Below, one piece after another: positions 41,514 through 50,317 of a stretch of DNA of 64,000 nt. Location of the stretch: NCBI GenBank assembly GCA_003349885.1, contig QFXC01000007.1:269125-333124 (forward strand), read 5' to 3'. The notes under the pieces were generated by a model. The model had not been told where the DNA came from and did no database searches. It saw only the letters and a program-made list of their open reading frames with translations. Position 1 is the stretch's first letter; each line of letters starts with the position of its first letter. The stretch comes from an endosymbiont of Galathealinum brachiosum (lineage in GTDB: Bacteria; Pseudomonadota; Gammaproteobacteria; SZUA-229). Made by a program: the position numbers and the translations under genes.

Positions 41514-44500
41514 TTATACCCTGTTACGCATCAACGCATAATACATAACCGGTATAACAACTAATGTTAATAAAGTTGAAACCAGAATACCGAAAATAAG
41601 TGATATAGCAAGCCCGCTAAATATTGGATCATCCAGAATAAAGAAAGCCCCTAACATTGCTGCAAGCCCGGTTAACACAATCGGTTTAGCACGCACTGCA
41701 CCCGCATTAATAACCGCTTTTTCAAATGCCATGCCCTGCTCAACCTGTTGATTAATAAAATCCACCAGTAAAATAGAGTTACGCACGATAATTCCGGCCA
41801 GCGCAATCATGCCGATCATAGATGTTGCAGTAAACTGCGCACCCAGTAATGCATGTCCGGGCATCACACCAATTATAGTTAGTGGAATCGGTGCCATGAT
41901 AATTAGTGGCACCAGATAAGATCTGAATTGTGCAACAACCAGAAAATAAATTAAAATCAAACCAACTGAATAGGCTATGCCCATATCACGAAATGTTTCA
42001 TAGGTAATCTGCCATTCACCATCCCATTTCATACTATATTGATAAGGGTTTTCTGGCTGATCAATCATATGTTGCTGCAATAAAGGCTTATCCTTCGTTA
42101 GCTTAGCCATAATATCAAACATGCCATAAAGCGGACTATCCAGATCACCTGATGTATCACCTGTTACCATTACTACCGGCAATAAATCTTTATGATAAAT
42201 TGCATATTCAATTTTAGTGTTTTCTATACGGACCATTTCTGACAGAGGAATCAGCTTGCCGTCTCTATTATGCACACGCAGTGATAACAGGCTATCAACT
42301 CTAGCTCTATCTTCAACTTTAAATTGTAATCGTAACGGTAACGGATACTTCATATTACCTGTGTGTAGATAACTGACATCCTGACCTTTAACCACCGTAG
42401 AAATCAAACTAACTATCTGCTGCTGAGTAACACCAGCCATCGCTGCCTTTTGCTGATCAACATGAATAATGATTTTATCCGCTTCGGCTTCAATCGTATC
42501 ATCCACATCAACGACATCAGCTGTGTTATCAAACACCTTACGAATGTCTTTCGCTACTTTATGTTGACCGCTGTAATTTAGCCCGTAAATTTCAGCAACT
42601 AATGGTGACATCACAGGAGGCCCGGGGGGCACTTCTACAATTTTAATATTGGCGTTATATTTTTTACCAATTAACTGTAATGGGTCGCGTAAATCACGAG
42701 CAATCTCATGACTCTTTTTATCCCGTTCTGATTTATCTAATAAATTAACCTGAATATCACCTTCGTTTGCCTGCTGGCGCAAATAATACTGACGCACTAA
42801 ACCGTTAAAGTTGATCGGTGCGGCATCACCGGCATAAACCTGATAATTTGAAACTTCAGGCACCTTCGCTATAACTCGCCCTAACTCACCTAATACTCTG
42901 GTAGTTTTTTCCAGCGTTGTGCCTTCCGGCATATCTACAATCACCTGAAACTCTGATTTATTATCAAATGGCAGCATTTTCAAAACGACCTGTTTGAAAC
43001 CAACCAGTGCGACTGAAGAAATCAGTAAAGCCAATATACCAATAAATAATTTTCGTCGATTAGACTGACCTTTTTCTCCACTTAAAAAGGGTGCCAGATA
43101 TTTATTAAAAAACACATATAACTTTGAGTCTTCTTCATTTTCTACCTCAGACTGTGAATGACTTTGACCGGCTAAAACTTTATAAGCTAACCAGGGAGTA
43201 ACCACAAAAGCCACCACCAGAGATATAAGCATGCCAAGACTGGCATTAATAGGAATCGGACTCATATAGGGCCCCATCATTCCGGTAACAAATGCCATTG
43301 GCAGAAGTGCAGCAATAACCGTGAATGTCGCGAGAATGGTCGGGCCACCCACTTCATCTACCGCTAACGGAATTGATTCTTTAAATGATTTTCCACCGAG
43401 TTGCATATGTCGGTGAATATTTTCAACTACAACAATGGCATCATCAACCAGAATACCGATAGAAAAAATTAACGCAAAAAGTGAAACCCGATTTAAGGTA
43501 AAACCCCAGGCCCAGGATGCGAATAATGTAATCGCCAGCGTAATAACAACTGCCAGCCCCACAATAATAGCTTCACGCCATCCCAGTGCAAATAAAACCA
43601 GTAATACAACAAATGTTGTGGCAAAAGCAAGTTTGCCAATAAGTTGTTTTGATTTTGCATCCGCTGTTAATCCGTAATTTCGGGTAATGGTAACTTCAAC
43701 ATTATCAGGAATAAAAACACCCTTTAACTGCTCAACCCGTTCAATGACCTGATTGGCAATTTCAACCGCATTCGTGCCTGGCTGTTTAGCAATTGCCAGT
43801 GTTACAGCTGGATACTCACCATGAATATTTTTCTGGTTTAAATCAGACCCTGCGCCTACACCAAACCAGCTTGTTTGCTCGGGATGTACAGCACCCCTTT
43901 TAACTTGCGCAACATCACGTAAATAAATGGGCTTGTCATTATGCATACCAACAACTAGATCTTTAACTTCTGACACTGAACTTAGAAACTGTCCGCTTTG
44001 AACTTCAACCTGATTGTTGTCACTAATAAGTTGGCCCGACCTATCTGAGCTATTACTCGCACGTAATGCATTCTCCAGATCACTGACCGATAATTTATAT
44101 GCAGCCAGTGTGGTTGCATCGAGTAAAATTTGCACAACATCATTTGCTGCGCCTTTAGTGTAGATATCACGCGTACCCGGCACACGTTTCAGTTCAGCTT
44201 CAATTGCATGTGCCACTTTTGTTAATTCATAACGACCATGGGATTCGTCTTTAGTCCACAAAGTCATAGCAACAATTGGCACATCATCAATACCCTTAGG
44301 TTTGATAATAGGTTGAGCTACACCTAACCCCTGTGGTAACCAGTCCTGGTTTGAATACACTGTGTTATACAAACGCACAATTGCCTGAGTGCGATCTTCT
44401 CCCACTTTAAACTGCACGGTTAAAACAGACATGCCGGGCCTGGAGACAGAATAGATATGCTTGATACCTTCAATTTCTGAAAGCACCTGTTCAGCCGGTA

Positions 44501-44714
44501 CACTAATCAATTGCTCAACATCACTCGCGGATGCACCGGGAAAAGCGATAAAAACATTTGCGAAGGTTACATTGATTTGCGGCTCCTCTTCACGGGGAGT
44601 AATCATTACCGCAAAAATGCCTAATAGAAAACCTAACAACGCGAGCAATGGAGTGATCTCGGTATTTAAAAAATACTGAGCGACCTTACCTGAGATACCG
44701 AGATTGTTATTCAT
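41514..44714 (-). CDS. RND efflux permease (second system)
   Basis: 1066 aa with 12-TM RND architecture. Confidence 0.9.
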   Translation of the reverse strand: MNNNLGISGKVAQYFLNTEITPLLALLGFLLGIFAVMITPREEEPQINVTFANVFIAFPGASASDVEQLISVPAEQVLSEIEGIKHIYSVSRPGMSVLTVQFKVGEDRTQAIVRLYNTVYSNQDWLPQGLGVAQPIIKPKGIDDVPIVAMTLWTKDESHGRYELTKVAHAIEAELKRVPGTRDIYTKGAANDVVQILLDATTLAAYKLSVSDLENALRASNSSDRSGQLISDNNQVEVQSGQFLSSVSEVKDLVVGMHNDKPIYLRDVAQVKRGAVHPEQTSWFGVGAGSDLNQKNIHGEYPAVTLAIAKQPGTNAVEIANQVIERVEQLKGVFIPDNVEVTITRNYGLTADAKSKQLIGKLAFATTFVVLLVLFALGWREAIIVGLAVVITLAITLFASWAWGFTLNRVSLFALIFSIGILVDDAIVVVENIHRHMQLGGKSFKESIPLAVDEVGGPTILATFTVIAALLPMAFVTGMMGPYMSPIPINASLGMLISLVVAFVVTPWLAYKVLAGQSHSQSEVENEEDSKLYVFFNKYLAPFLSGEKGQSNRRKLFIGILALLISSVALVGFKQVVLKMLPFDNKSEFQVIVDMPEGTTLEKTTRVLGELGRVIAKVPEVSNYQVYAGDAAPINFNGLVRQYYLRQQANEGDIQVNLLDKSERDKKSHEIARDLRDPLQLIGKKYNANIKIVEVPPGPPVMSPLVAEIYGLNYSGQHKVAKDIRKVFDNTADVVDVDDTIEAEADKIIIHVDQQKAAMAGVTQQQIVSLISTVVKGQDVSYLHTGNMKYPLPLRLQFKVEDRARVDSLLSLRVHNRDGKLIPLSEMVRIENTKIEYAIYHKDLLPVVMVTGDTSGDLDSPLYGMFDIMAKLTKDKPLLQQHMIDQPENPYQYSMKWDGEWQITYETFRDMGIAYSVGLILIYFLVVAQFRSYLVPLIIMAPIPLTIIGVMPGHALLGAQFTATSMIGMIALAGIIVRNSILLVDFINQQVEQGMAFEKAVINAGAVRAKPIVLTGLAAMLGAFFILDDPIFSGLAISLIFGILVSTLLTLVVIPVMYYALMRNRV

Positions 44715-44812
44715 TAATTTGTAACTCTCTTAAACATTGTCATATCTGAATATTTATATCTGGATTCCAGTTTGTATCAGGGGATGAGATACACACTGAA
44801 GCAACAGTCGTA

Positions 44813-45826
44813 TTAATTAGTAATATGATCTTTATAATAAATAGTCGCTTTAACTGGATCGATTGCTACCTGATCATTTTCCTGCAGGCCAGATAATATT
44901 TCGATATTGCCATTTATCTGCTGTCCGGGTCTTACCTGTAATAAACTCAGCTCTTTTTGATCATTCATTACATACACACCCGTCATTTCACTGCGATGTG
45001 TTATAGCTGAAGCCGGCACCAGTAACTTGCGCATTTGCCCAATTGAAAATGCAACTTTAACCGCCATGCCCGGATACAGGCCATGACTACCTTGCGGTAA
45101 ATTAACTCTGACTAAAAATGTATGACTATCAGCATCCGCATAAGGGCTTATTGTCATGGATTTTCCATCAACACTTTTACCGGCCACAAGCACTCTGGCT
45201 GCTTTAAATTGTCTGACAGGTAAAATAATATCCTGTGGAAGATTAACCGCGACCCTGAGTGACTCTAATGACAAACCGGTAAAAAGTGGTGCGCCCGTTT
45301 GAGCCGTTTCACCCACTTCAATATGGCGTTTAACTACAATACCGCTATAAGGTGCTCGCACGATCGTACGCTCAAGGTTTTCTTCAGCCTGATCTAAACG
45401 GGCGCGGGTTAACTTAAACTGAGACTCGGCTTTATCAACGGCCGATTTAGAAATCAGATTTTTACTGTGTAGCTGCTGCACTCGCAGAAACTCTGTTTCA
45501 GCCTGAGAAAAATCAGCCTGTGAGGCACGTAATTTTGCCTGCTGATCTTTATCACGCATACGCAGCAGAACATCATCTTTTTTCGCATAATCATTTACAT
45601 CAAAATATATCTGCTTCACACGCCCTGATGTCTGGGCTGTAACCGTCGCTTTATTCACCGCCTCAACCAACGCATCAATAACCCGCTCCTGTTGAACCTC
45701 ATGATATTGAGCGGCTGCCAGCTCAATGCCCTGCTCTTCAGCCTGTAGCGGAGCAGATGAAGCCAGTGTGTAAACACACAGCATTAATAATGGAATCTTC
45801 AAATCGGTAAAATCGAGAGTAAACAT
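44813..45826 (-). CDS. RND efflux periplasmic adaptor (MFP)
   Basis: Signal peptide plus coiled-coil and barrel adaptor domains. It lies upstream of the permease gene on the same strand. Confidence 0.8.
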   Translation of the reverse strand: MFTLDFTDLKIPLLMLCVYTLASSAPLQAEEQGIELAAAQYHEVQQERVIDALVEAVNKATVTAQTSGRVKQIYFDVNDYAKKDDVLLRMRDKDQQAKLRASQADFSQAETEFLRVQQLHSKNLISKSAVDKAESQFKLTRARLDQAEENLERTIVRAPYSGIVVKRHIEVGETAQTGAPLFTGLSLESLRVAVNLPQDIILPVRQFKAARVLVAGKSVDGKSMTISPYADADSHTFLVRVNLPQGSHGLYPGMAVKVAFSIGQMRKLLVPASAITHRSEMTGVYVMNDQKELSLLQVRPGQQINGNIEILSGLQENDQVAIDPVKATIYYKDHITN

Positions 45827-46381
45827 AGAATTCGTCTCTTTTATGCATTTAGGATGATGCTTTATAAGTGCGTATTAATATAGCACATATAATAAGAAAA
45901 TTTGCCAGTAGTATCTGAGTGTATTAACTGAGCCGAAACCTGAAACAGTCTGGCATAAAGACCTGAATTTAGCCTTCCTGTAAATAACATTAAATTTTTG
46001 TTTCTTATATGATTGCTTTTAACCTGTTTTTTTAATTAAGAGAAATTAATCACATGCGTATGCATCTCAATTTTTTCATTAATATTTGTAGCATGATGCT
46101 AATTTTTATCAGCGGCAACTGCAAAGCATCACCAACATCAAACGAATTCATTAAATGTAAAAAATGGCTGTTTCAATACTTGAGCATTGCCTGAACGAAA
46201 ACACTTATTACCAGAATGAATTTTGTTGGAAAAAATCAAATGATGTTTATAACTCATGCTCAAGGCAGGTTAAGCAAACTCATAACTCAAATGAAAGAAA
46301 TTCTAAAAGAAAGGCTGAGTTGAAGATTCATTTAGAACAAATTTATGATTACTTATTCTATAAATTAAACAAAGACAAAAA

Positions 46382-46466
46382 GGAGAGCGGTGACAATCGA
46401 GAATTATTAGCCTTTCCATTTGTCACCGACCCCTTCCCTCTTTTATGAAGGGCTGCCTCTCCGCCA
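46382..46466 (+). other. Degenerate tRNA-Ser-like element (pseudo-tRNA remnant) in inverted orientation relative to serT
   Basis: The 5' end GGAGAGCGGTGACAATCGAG resembles tRNA-Ser positions 1-22. The 3' end GGGCTGCCTCTCCGCCA is identical to the last 14 nt of the adjacent tRNA-Ser. Internal hairpins are ggtgacaa/ttgtcacc and cccttc/gaaggg. Confidence 0.35.
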
Positions 46467-46631
46467 GTTAACTACCATCTTTTAAATGAGTACTTAACTT
46501 TCGTTACGTACTAATAGAGGGATTGATGGCACACATCCCTTCGGGGCGCTGTAAAAGCATCGCGTCGAAAAAGCGCTGTCCTGCGCTTTTTTCGAAACTG
46601 GTTCGAACCAAATACTACCTTTCCACATACA

Positions 46632-46669
46632 TAAAAAAAGGCCCCCTGAAAAACAGGGAGCCTTTTTTT
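46632..46669. terminator. Bidirectional intrinsic terminator downstream of tRNA-Ser
   Basis: aaaaaaaggccccctg-aaaaa-cagggagcc-ttttttt. It has an A-run and a T-run on both sides. Confidence 0.6.
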
Positions 46670-46674
46670 ATGTA

Positions 46675-46764
46675 TGGCGGAGAGGCAGGGATTCGAACCC
46701 TGGGTCGGGATGAACCGACGCCGGTTTTCAAGACCGGTGCATTCGACCACTCTGCCACCTCTCC
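46675..46764 (-). tRNA. serT: tRNA-Ser (anticodon UGA), type II with long variable arm
   Basis: Minus-strand sequence GGAGAGGTGGCAGAGTGG...CCGGT-CTTGAAA-ACCGG...GGTTCGAATCCCTGCCTCTCCGCCA, 90 nt. Anticodon loop is CTTGAAA. CCA is encoded. Confidence 0.9.
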
Positions 46765-47006
46765 AGGTTCGAGCGCCCAATAAATGGGTGTTACATCGAG
46801 GTGGCGAATAATACTGGAAAATTATGTGTAAAACCAGTCTCTTGTGACTTTTTTATGCGAAAAAGCCTAATCACACCAAAGAAGTTGGTATGCACTTGAA
46901 AAATCACACAAATAGCCACACATAGTGAACTAAGAATGGCTTTGCCTTGTCTCAAACACAATGGTAATCTAACGCCAACCAAATAACTTAAACGTACGGG
47001 AATTTA

Positions 47007-47672
47007 ATGAACAATCCAAATATCTCAATAGGTCGCTCTCAGGAGTCGGTTCTTGCAACGAATAAAGTGCTTAAAAACACGTATATGTTGCTTTCTATAA
47101 CGCTGATATTCAGTGCTATTACTGCTTTTATCGGTATGCAAATGCAAATTGGTCAGGGCGTTGCGATGATTGCAACTTTTGGCGCTATTGGCATTTTGTG
47201 GTTTGTATTGCCTCGTACAGCTAATTCTGCTGCGGGTATTCCGACAATATTTGCCTTCACCGGTCTAATCGGCCTGGGCATGGCTCCAATGCTTAATATG
47301 TACCTTGCGGTTAATCCTAGCGTTGTTTCTACTGCACTGGGTGGCACGGGTGTGATATTCCTTGGTCTTTCAGGTTACGCACTGACTACACGTAAAGATT
47401 TCAGCTTTATGGGCGGATTCCTTATGGTGGGTATGCTGGTTGTGATCGTTGCAGCTCTAGCTAATATCTTCCTGCAGATGCCGGTTATGGGTCTGGTTGT
47501 TAGTGGCGCAATCGTAATGCTAATGAGTGGTTTGATTCTGTATGAAACATCTTCAATCATTCACGGTGGCGAAACTAACTATATTATGGCAACTGCTAGC
47601 CTGTTCCTTTCTATAATCAACCTGTTCCAGGCTCTATTGCACCTGCTTAGCGCTTTTGGTGGTGATGATTAA
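47007..47672 (+). CDS. yccA: Bax inhibitor-1/YccA family membrane protein (FtsH modulator)
   Basis: 221 aa with seven TM helices and the typical BI-1 C-terminus. It is adjacent to tRNA-Ser(UGA), as yccA is to serT in E. coli. Confidence 0.8.
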   Translation: MNNPNISIGRSQESVLATNKVLKNTYMLLSITLIFSAITAFIGMQMQIGQGVAMIATFGAIGILWFVLPRTANSAAGIPTIFAFTGLIGLGMAPMLNMYLAVNPSVVSTALGGTGVIFLGLSGYALTTRKDFSFMGGFLMVGMLVVIVAALANIFLQMPVMGLVVSGAIVMLMSGLILYETSSIIHGGETNYIMATASLFLSIINLFQALLHLLSAFGGDD

Positions 47673-47699
47673 TCATCACACCAACTGGTAACACCCTTC

Positions 47700-47730
47700 A
47701 CGCCCCGGTTATCCGGGGCGTGTTGTTTCT
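47700..47730 (+). terminator. Rho-independent terminator after yccA
   Basis: acgccccgg-ttat-ccggggcgt followed by gttgtttct. Confidence 0.65.
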
Positions 47731-47757
47731 AAACATTAAATATTAATAGAGATAAGT

Positions 47758-47937
47758 ATGGATTGGTTAAAAATAGGCAGTGCGGTCTTTCTAATCGCGA
47801 TGATCGTGTTTATATGGCCACGCATGAAACATGCGGTAGCAAACTCCCCTAAGGGAACCATGCAAGACTGGATGGGATATATTGTGCCACTGGCCGCAGT
47901 GATTGGTTTTGTATTTCTACTGATACAGATGGTTTAA
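47758..47937 (+). CDS. Small 59-aa two-TM membrane protein, not in the ORF track because it is under 60 aa
   Basis: MDWLKIGSAVFLIAMIVFIWPRMKHAVANSPKGTMQDWMGYIVPLAAVIGFVFLLIQMV. It sits between a terminator and the next gene, with codon-like periodicity. Confidence 0.35.
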   Translation: MDWLKIGSAVFLIAMIVFIWPRMKHAVANSPKGTMQDWMGYIVPLAAVIGFVFLLIQMV

Positions 47938-48074
47938 TGGCGACCAGAGCCTGAAACCACCAATAAATAGTTGATTTTGATGATTTAACCCCTATATATC
48001 CCATTCTTTATGGGTTTATAATTTACGATTAACCTTTAATATACTCCCCCAAACAACGATTATTTGAGATATTT

Positions 48075-49061
48075 ATGCAAGAAGAACATCCATTTGCCCC
48101 TTTTATACGCATACTTGGTAAAGGTAAAAACGGCTCACGTGGTTTAACCGCTGAAGAAGCATTTGAATCAATGAGTATGGTTCTGGAAGACAAGGTAACC
48201 GCCGAGCAGCTGGGTGCATTTTTAATGCTGTTACGTGTTAAAGAAGAAACGCCGGAAGAAGTTGCAGGTTTTGTTCGTGCGATTAGACACTTTCTCAAAC
48301 AGGATGGGCAAACTTATGCTGATCTTGACTGGTCGTCTTATGCAGGTAAACGTCGTCATTCTCCGTGGTACGTATTAAGTGCATTATTACTAGCCGATAA
48401 TGGTATCAAGGTTTGTATGCACGGTGCAGAAGGCCATACACCGGGTCGTATGTATACCTCTGAAGTATTAAAGCCACTTGGCATAGAAACCAGCACCACT
48501 CTGGATCATGCGAAACAGCAGATTGAAAAAAATAACTTCTGTTATATGCCTATATCAACAATTAGTGACCGGTTGAAGGATATTATAGAGCTACGTCCGT
48601 TTTTAGGCTTACGCTCTCCAATTCATACCGTTGGCCGAATGATAAACCCGTTAAAAGCGCCCCACTCTATTCAGGCTATTTTTCACCCGGGTTATCAATC
48701 AGTACATCAGCACGCTGCCAATATTATGGGTGAAGAACAGATTGCAGTATTTAAGGGTGAAGCAGGTGAAGTTGAACGTAACCCGGATACAAAATGCACC
48801 GTATCTTATGCCATTGATGGAAAAACATGGGATGAAGAATGGCCCGCCATTTTTGCCAAACGCCATGTAAAAGAAAGCACGCTGGATGAAAACAGACTGG
48901 GCCCTTTCTGGCGCGGTGAAGAAACAGACGAGTATGCAGAAGCGGCAATTGTGGGTACGACCGCTATTGCCCTGCGTTTATTAAATAAAGCAGAAACACC
49001 GGATCAGGCATTAGAACTGGCTCAGGATATGTGGACTAAGCGGAACAAAACAAAACATTAG
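48075..49061 (+). CDS. YbiB-like TrpD2-family protein (anthranilate phosphoribosyltransferase paralogue, DNA-binding)
   Basis: N-terminus ILGKGKNGSRGLTAEEA parallels E. coli YbiB EIGRGKNHARDL. Length is 328 aa. Confidence 0.6.
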   Translation: MQEEHPFAPFIRILGKGKNGSRGLTAEEAFESMSMVLEDKVTAEQLGAFLMLLRVKEETPEEVAGFVRAIRHFLKQDGQTYADLDWSSYAGKRRHSPWYVLSALLLADNGIKVCMHGAEGHTPGRMYTSEVLKPLGIETSTTLDHAKQQIEKNNFCYMPISTISDRLKDIIELRPFLGLRSPIHTVGRMINPLKAPHSIQAIFHPGYQSVHQHAANIMGEEQIAVFKGEAGEVERNPDTKCTVSYAIDGKTWDEEWPAIFAKRHVKESTLDENRLGPFWRGEETDEYAEAAIVGTTAIALRLLNKAETPDQALELAQDMWTKRNKTKH

Positions 49062-49152
49062 AAGAAAATTTATTTTCTCAAAAAACAGAAAGCATTAATA
49101 CGATGGAATGCCAGTCAGTAACAACGAAATAAATACAACTGGAGAAATATCA

Positions 49153-49371
49153 ATGACTATAGAACGAGCACTTTTTGCAATGGGCGGCATCATGGTTATG
49201 CTGACATCTTTATTAGCCATATTCCATCACCCTAACTGGACATGGGTTACCCTGTTTGTTGGCTTTAACTGTTTTCAAAGTTCATTCACAGGCTTCTGCC
49301 CACCGGCGTGGTTAATGAAAAAATTTGGCCTTAAATCTGAAGCTGAAAACGCGGCAGAAACCAATAACTAA
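49153..49371 (+). CDS. DUF2892 (YgaP-like) small inner-membrane protein
   Basis: Two TM helices and a GFCP motif. GGAG RBS precedes ATG 49153. Confidence 0.5.
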   Translation: MTIERALFAMGGIMVMLTSLLAIFHHPNWTWVTLFVGFNCFQSSFTGFCPPAWLMKKFGLKSEAENAAETNN

Positions 49372-49438
49372 ACTTTTATTATCATCCCTGATATTTTCCC
49401 CCGGGAATTTATTCAGGCGTGATTAATATTTCTCACTA

Positions 49439-50269
49439 ATGAAATCACACCTAACAACATTAATTATTGCTTTAGTCGTCGGTTATTTTGGCGGTTACAT
49501 GAGTAACACGGATTATTTCAATTCTGAAAAATCCTCTCACAAAAACAGCGCCAATAATAACAACCAGAAACCGAACCCATTTCAAACTCAGGCCGATTCT
49601 GATGATCTGGCATATCAGTTTGAATTGCTGCAATATAAATTTGACGGACTCCAGAACCAGGTCGAAACACTGAAAGTTTCTTTAAAAAATAACACTATTT
49701 CACAAAACGATGCTGAAGATTCTTCTGGTAAAAATAACAGTAAGAAAAAAATAAAATCTAATGTAACACCCAACGCTGAAAATCTAATTGCATCTGGTAT
49801 TAACCCGGATATTGCAGAAGATATTCTACGTCGCATGAGCCAGCAGGATTTCAGACGCCTTGAATTACAAAATATGATGAGACGCTCCAGCTCTACACAG
49901 AGAAGAGAATACAGCAAAGAACTGAGGGAACTGAATTCAAATAAAATTACACTGCGCTCAGAAATGGGAGATGATGCATACGATCAGTATTTATATGTAA
50001 GCGGACAGAATAATCGTGTAAAGGTAAGTTCAGTTATGGCAGGCTCACCCGCCGAGTCTTCCGGTTTTCAACCCGATGACATCATCTTATATTACGACGA
50101 TAAAAAAATACTAAGCTGGCCTGATGTCAGAGCAGCAACAATGCAGGGTGAAATAGGCAGTTATACCAGTATTGAAATTATACGTGACGGCACTCAAATG
50201 AGTTTGATGGTACCCAGAGGCACTTTAGGTGTTCAGCTTGATGCGGTGCAGATAGAACCCGCACAGTAA
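49439..50269 (+). CDS. Membrane-anchored PDZ-domain protein
   Basis: N-terminal TM helix, a low-complexity Asn/Ser-rich linker, and a C-terminal PDZ domain (VSSVMAGSPAESSGFQPDDIIL). Confidence 0.6.
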   Translation: MKSHLTTLIIALVVGYFGGYMSNTDYFNSEKSSHKNSANNNNQKPNPFQTQADSDDLAYQFELLQYKFDGLQNQVETLKVSLKNNTISQNDAEDSSGKNNSKKKIKSNVTPNAENLIASGINPDIAEDILRRMSQQDFRRLELQNMMRRSSSTQRREYSKELRELNSNKITLRSEMGDDAYDQYLYVSGQNNRVKVSSVMAGSPAESSGFQPDDIILYYDDKKILSWPDVRAATMQGEIGSYTSIEIIRDGTQMSLMVPRGTLGVQLDAVQIEPAQ

Positions 50270-50317
50270 TTTTTTACTCTGTTAAAAAATTAAATAATAA
50301 AGAGATCTTAGTTACTG

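Noticed and set aside
46164-46448. 94-aa ORF upstream of the tRNA-like remnant
   Set aside because: It has no Shine-Dalgarno sequence, its composition is low-complexity Lys/Asn-rich, and its 3' end runs into the tRNA-like structure. It is probably non-coding.
46511-46783. Two ORF-track ORFs (46511-46780 on the minus strand, 46523-46783 on the plus strand) that might be protein genes
   Set aside because: They overlap the tRNA-Ser gene and its terminator on both strands. They are translation artefacts of a structured RNA locus.
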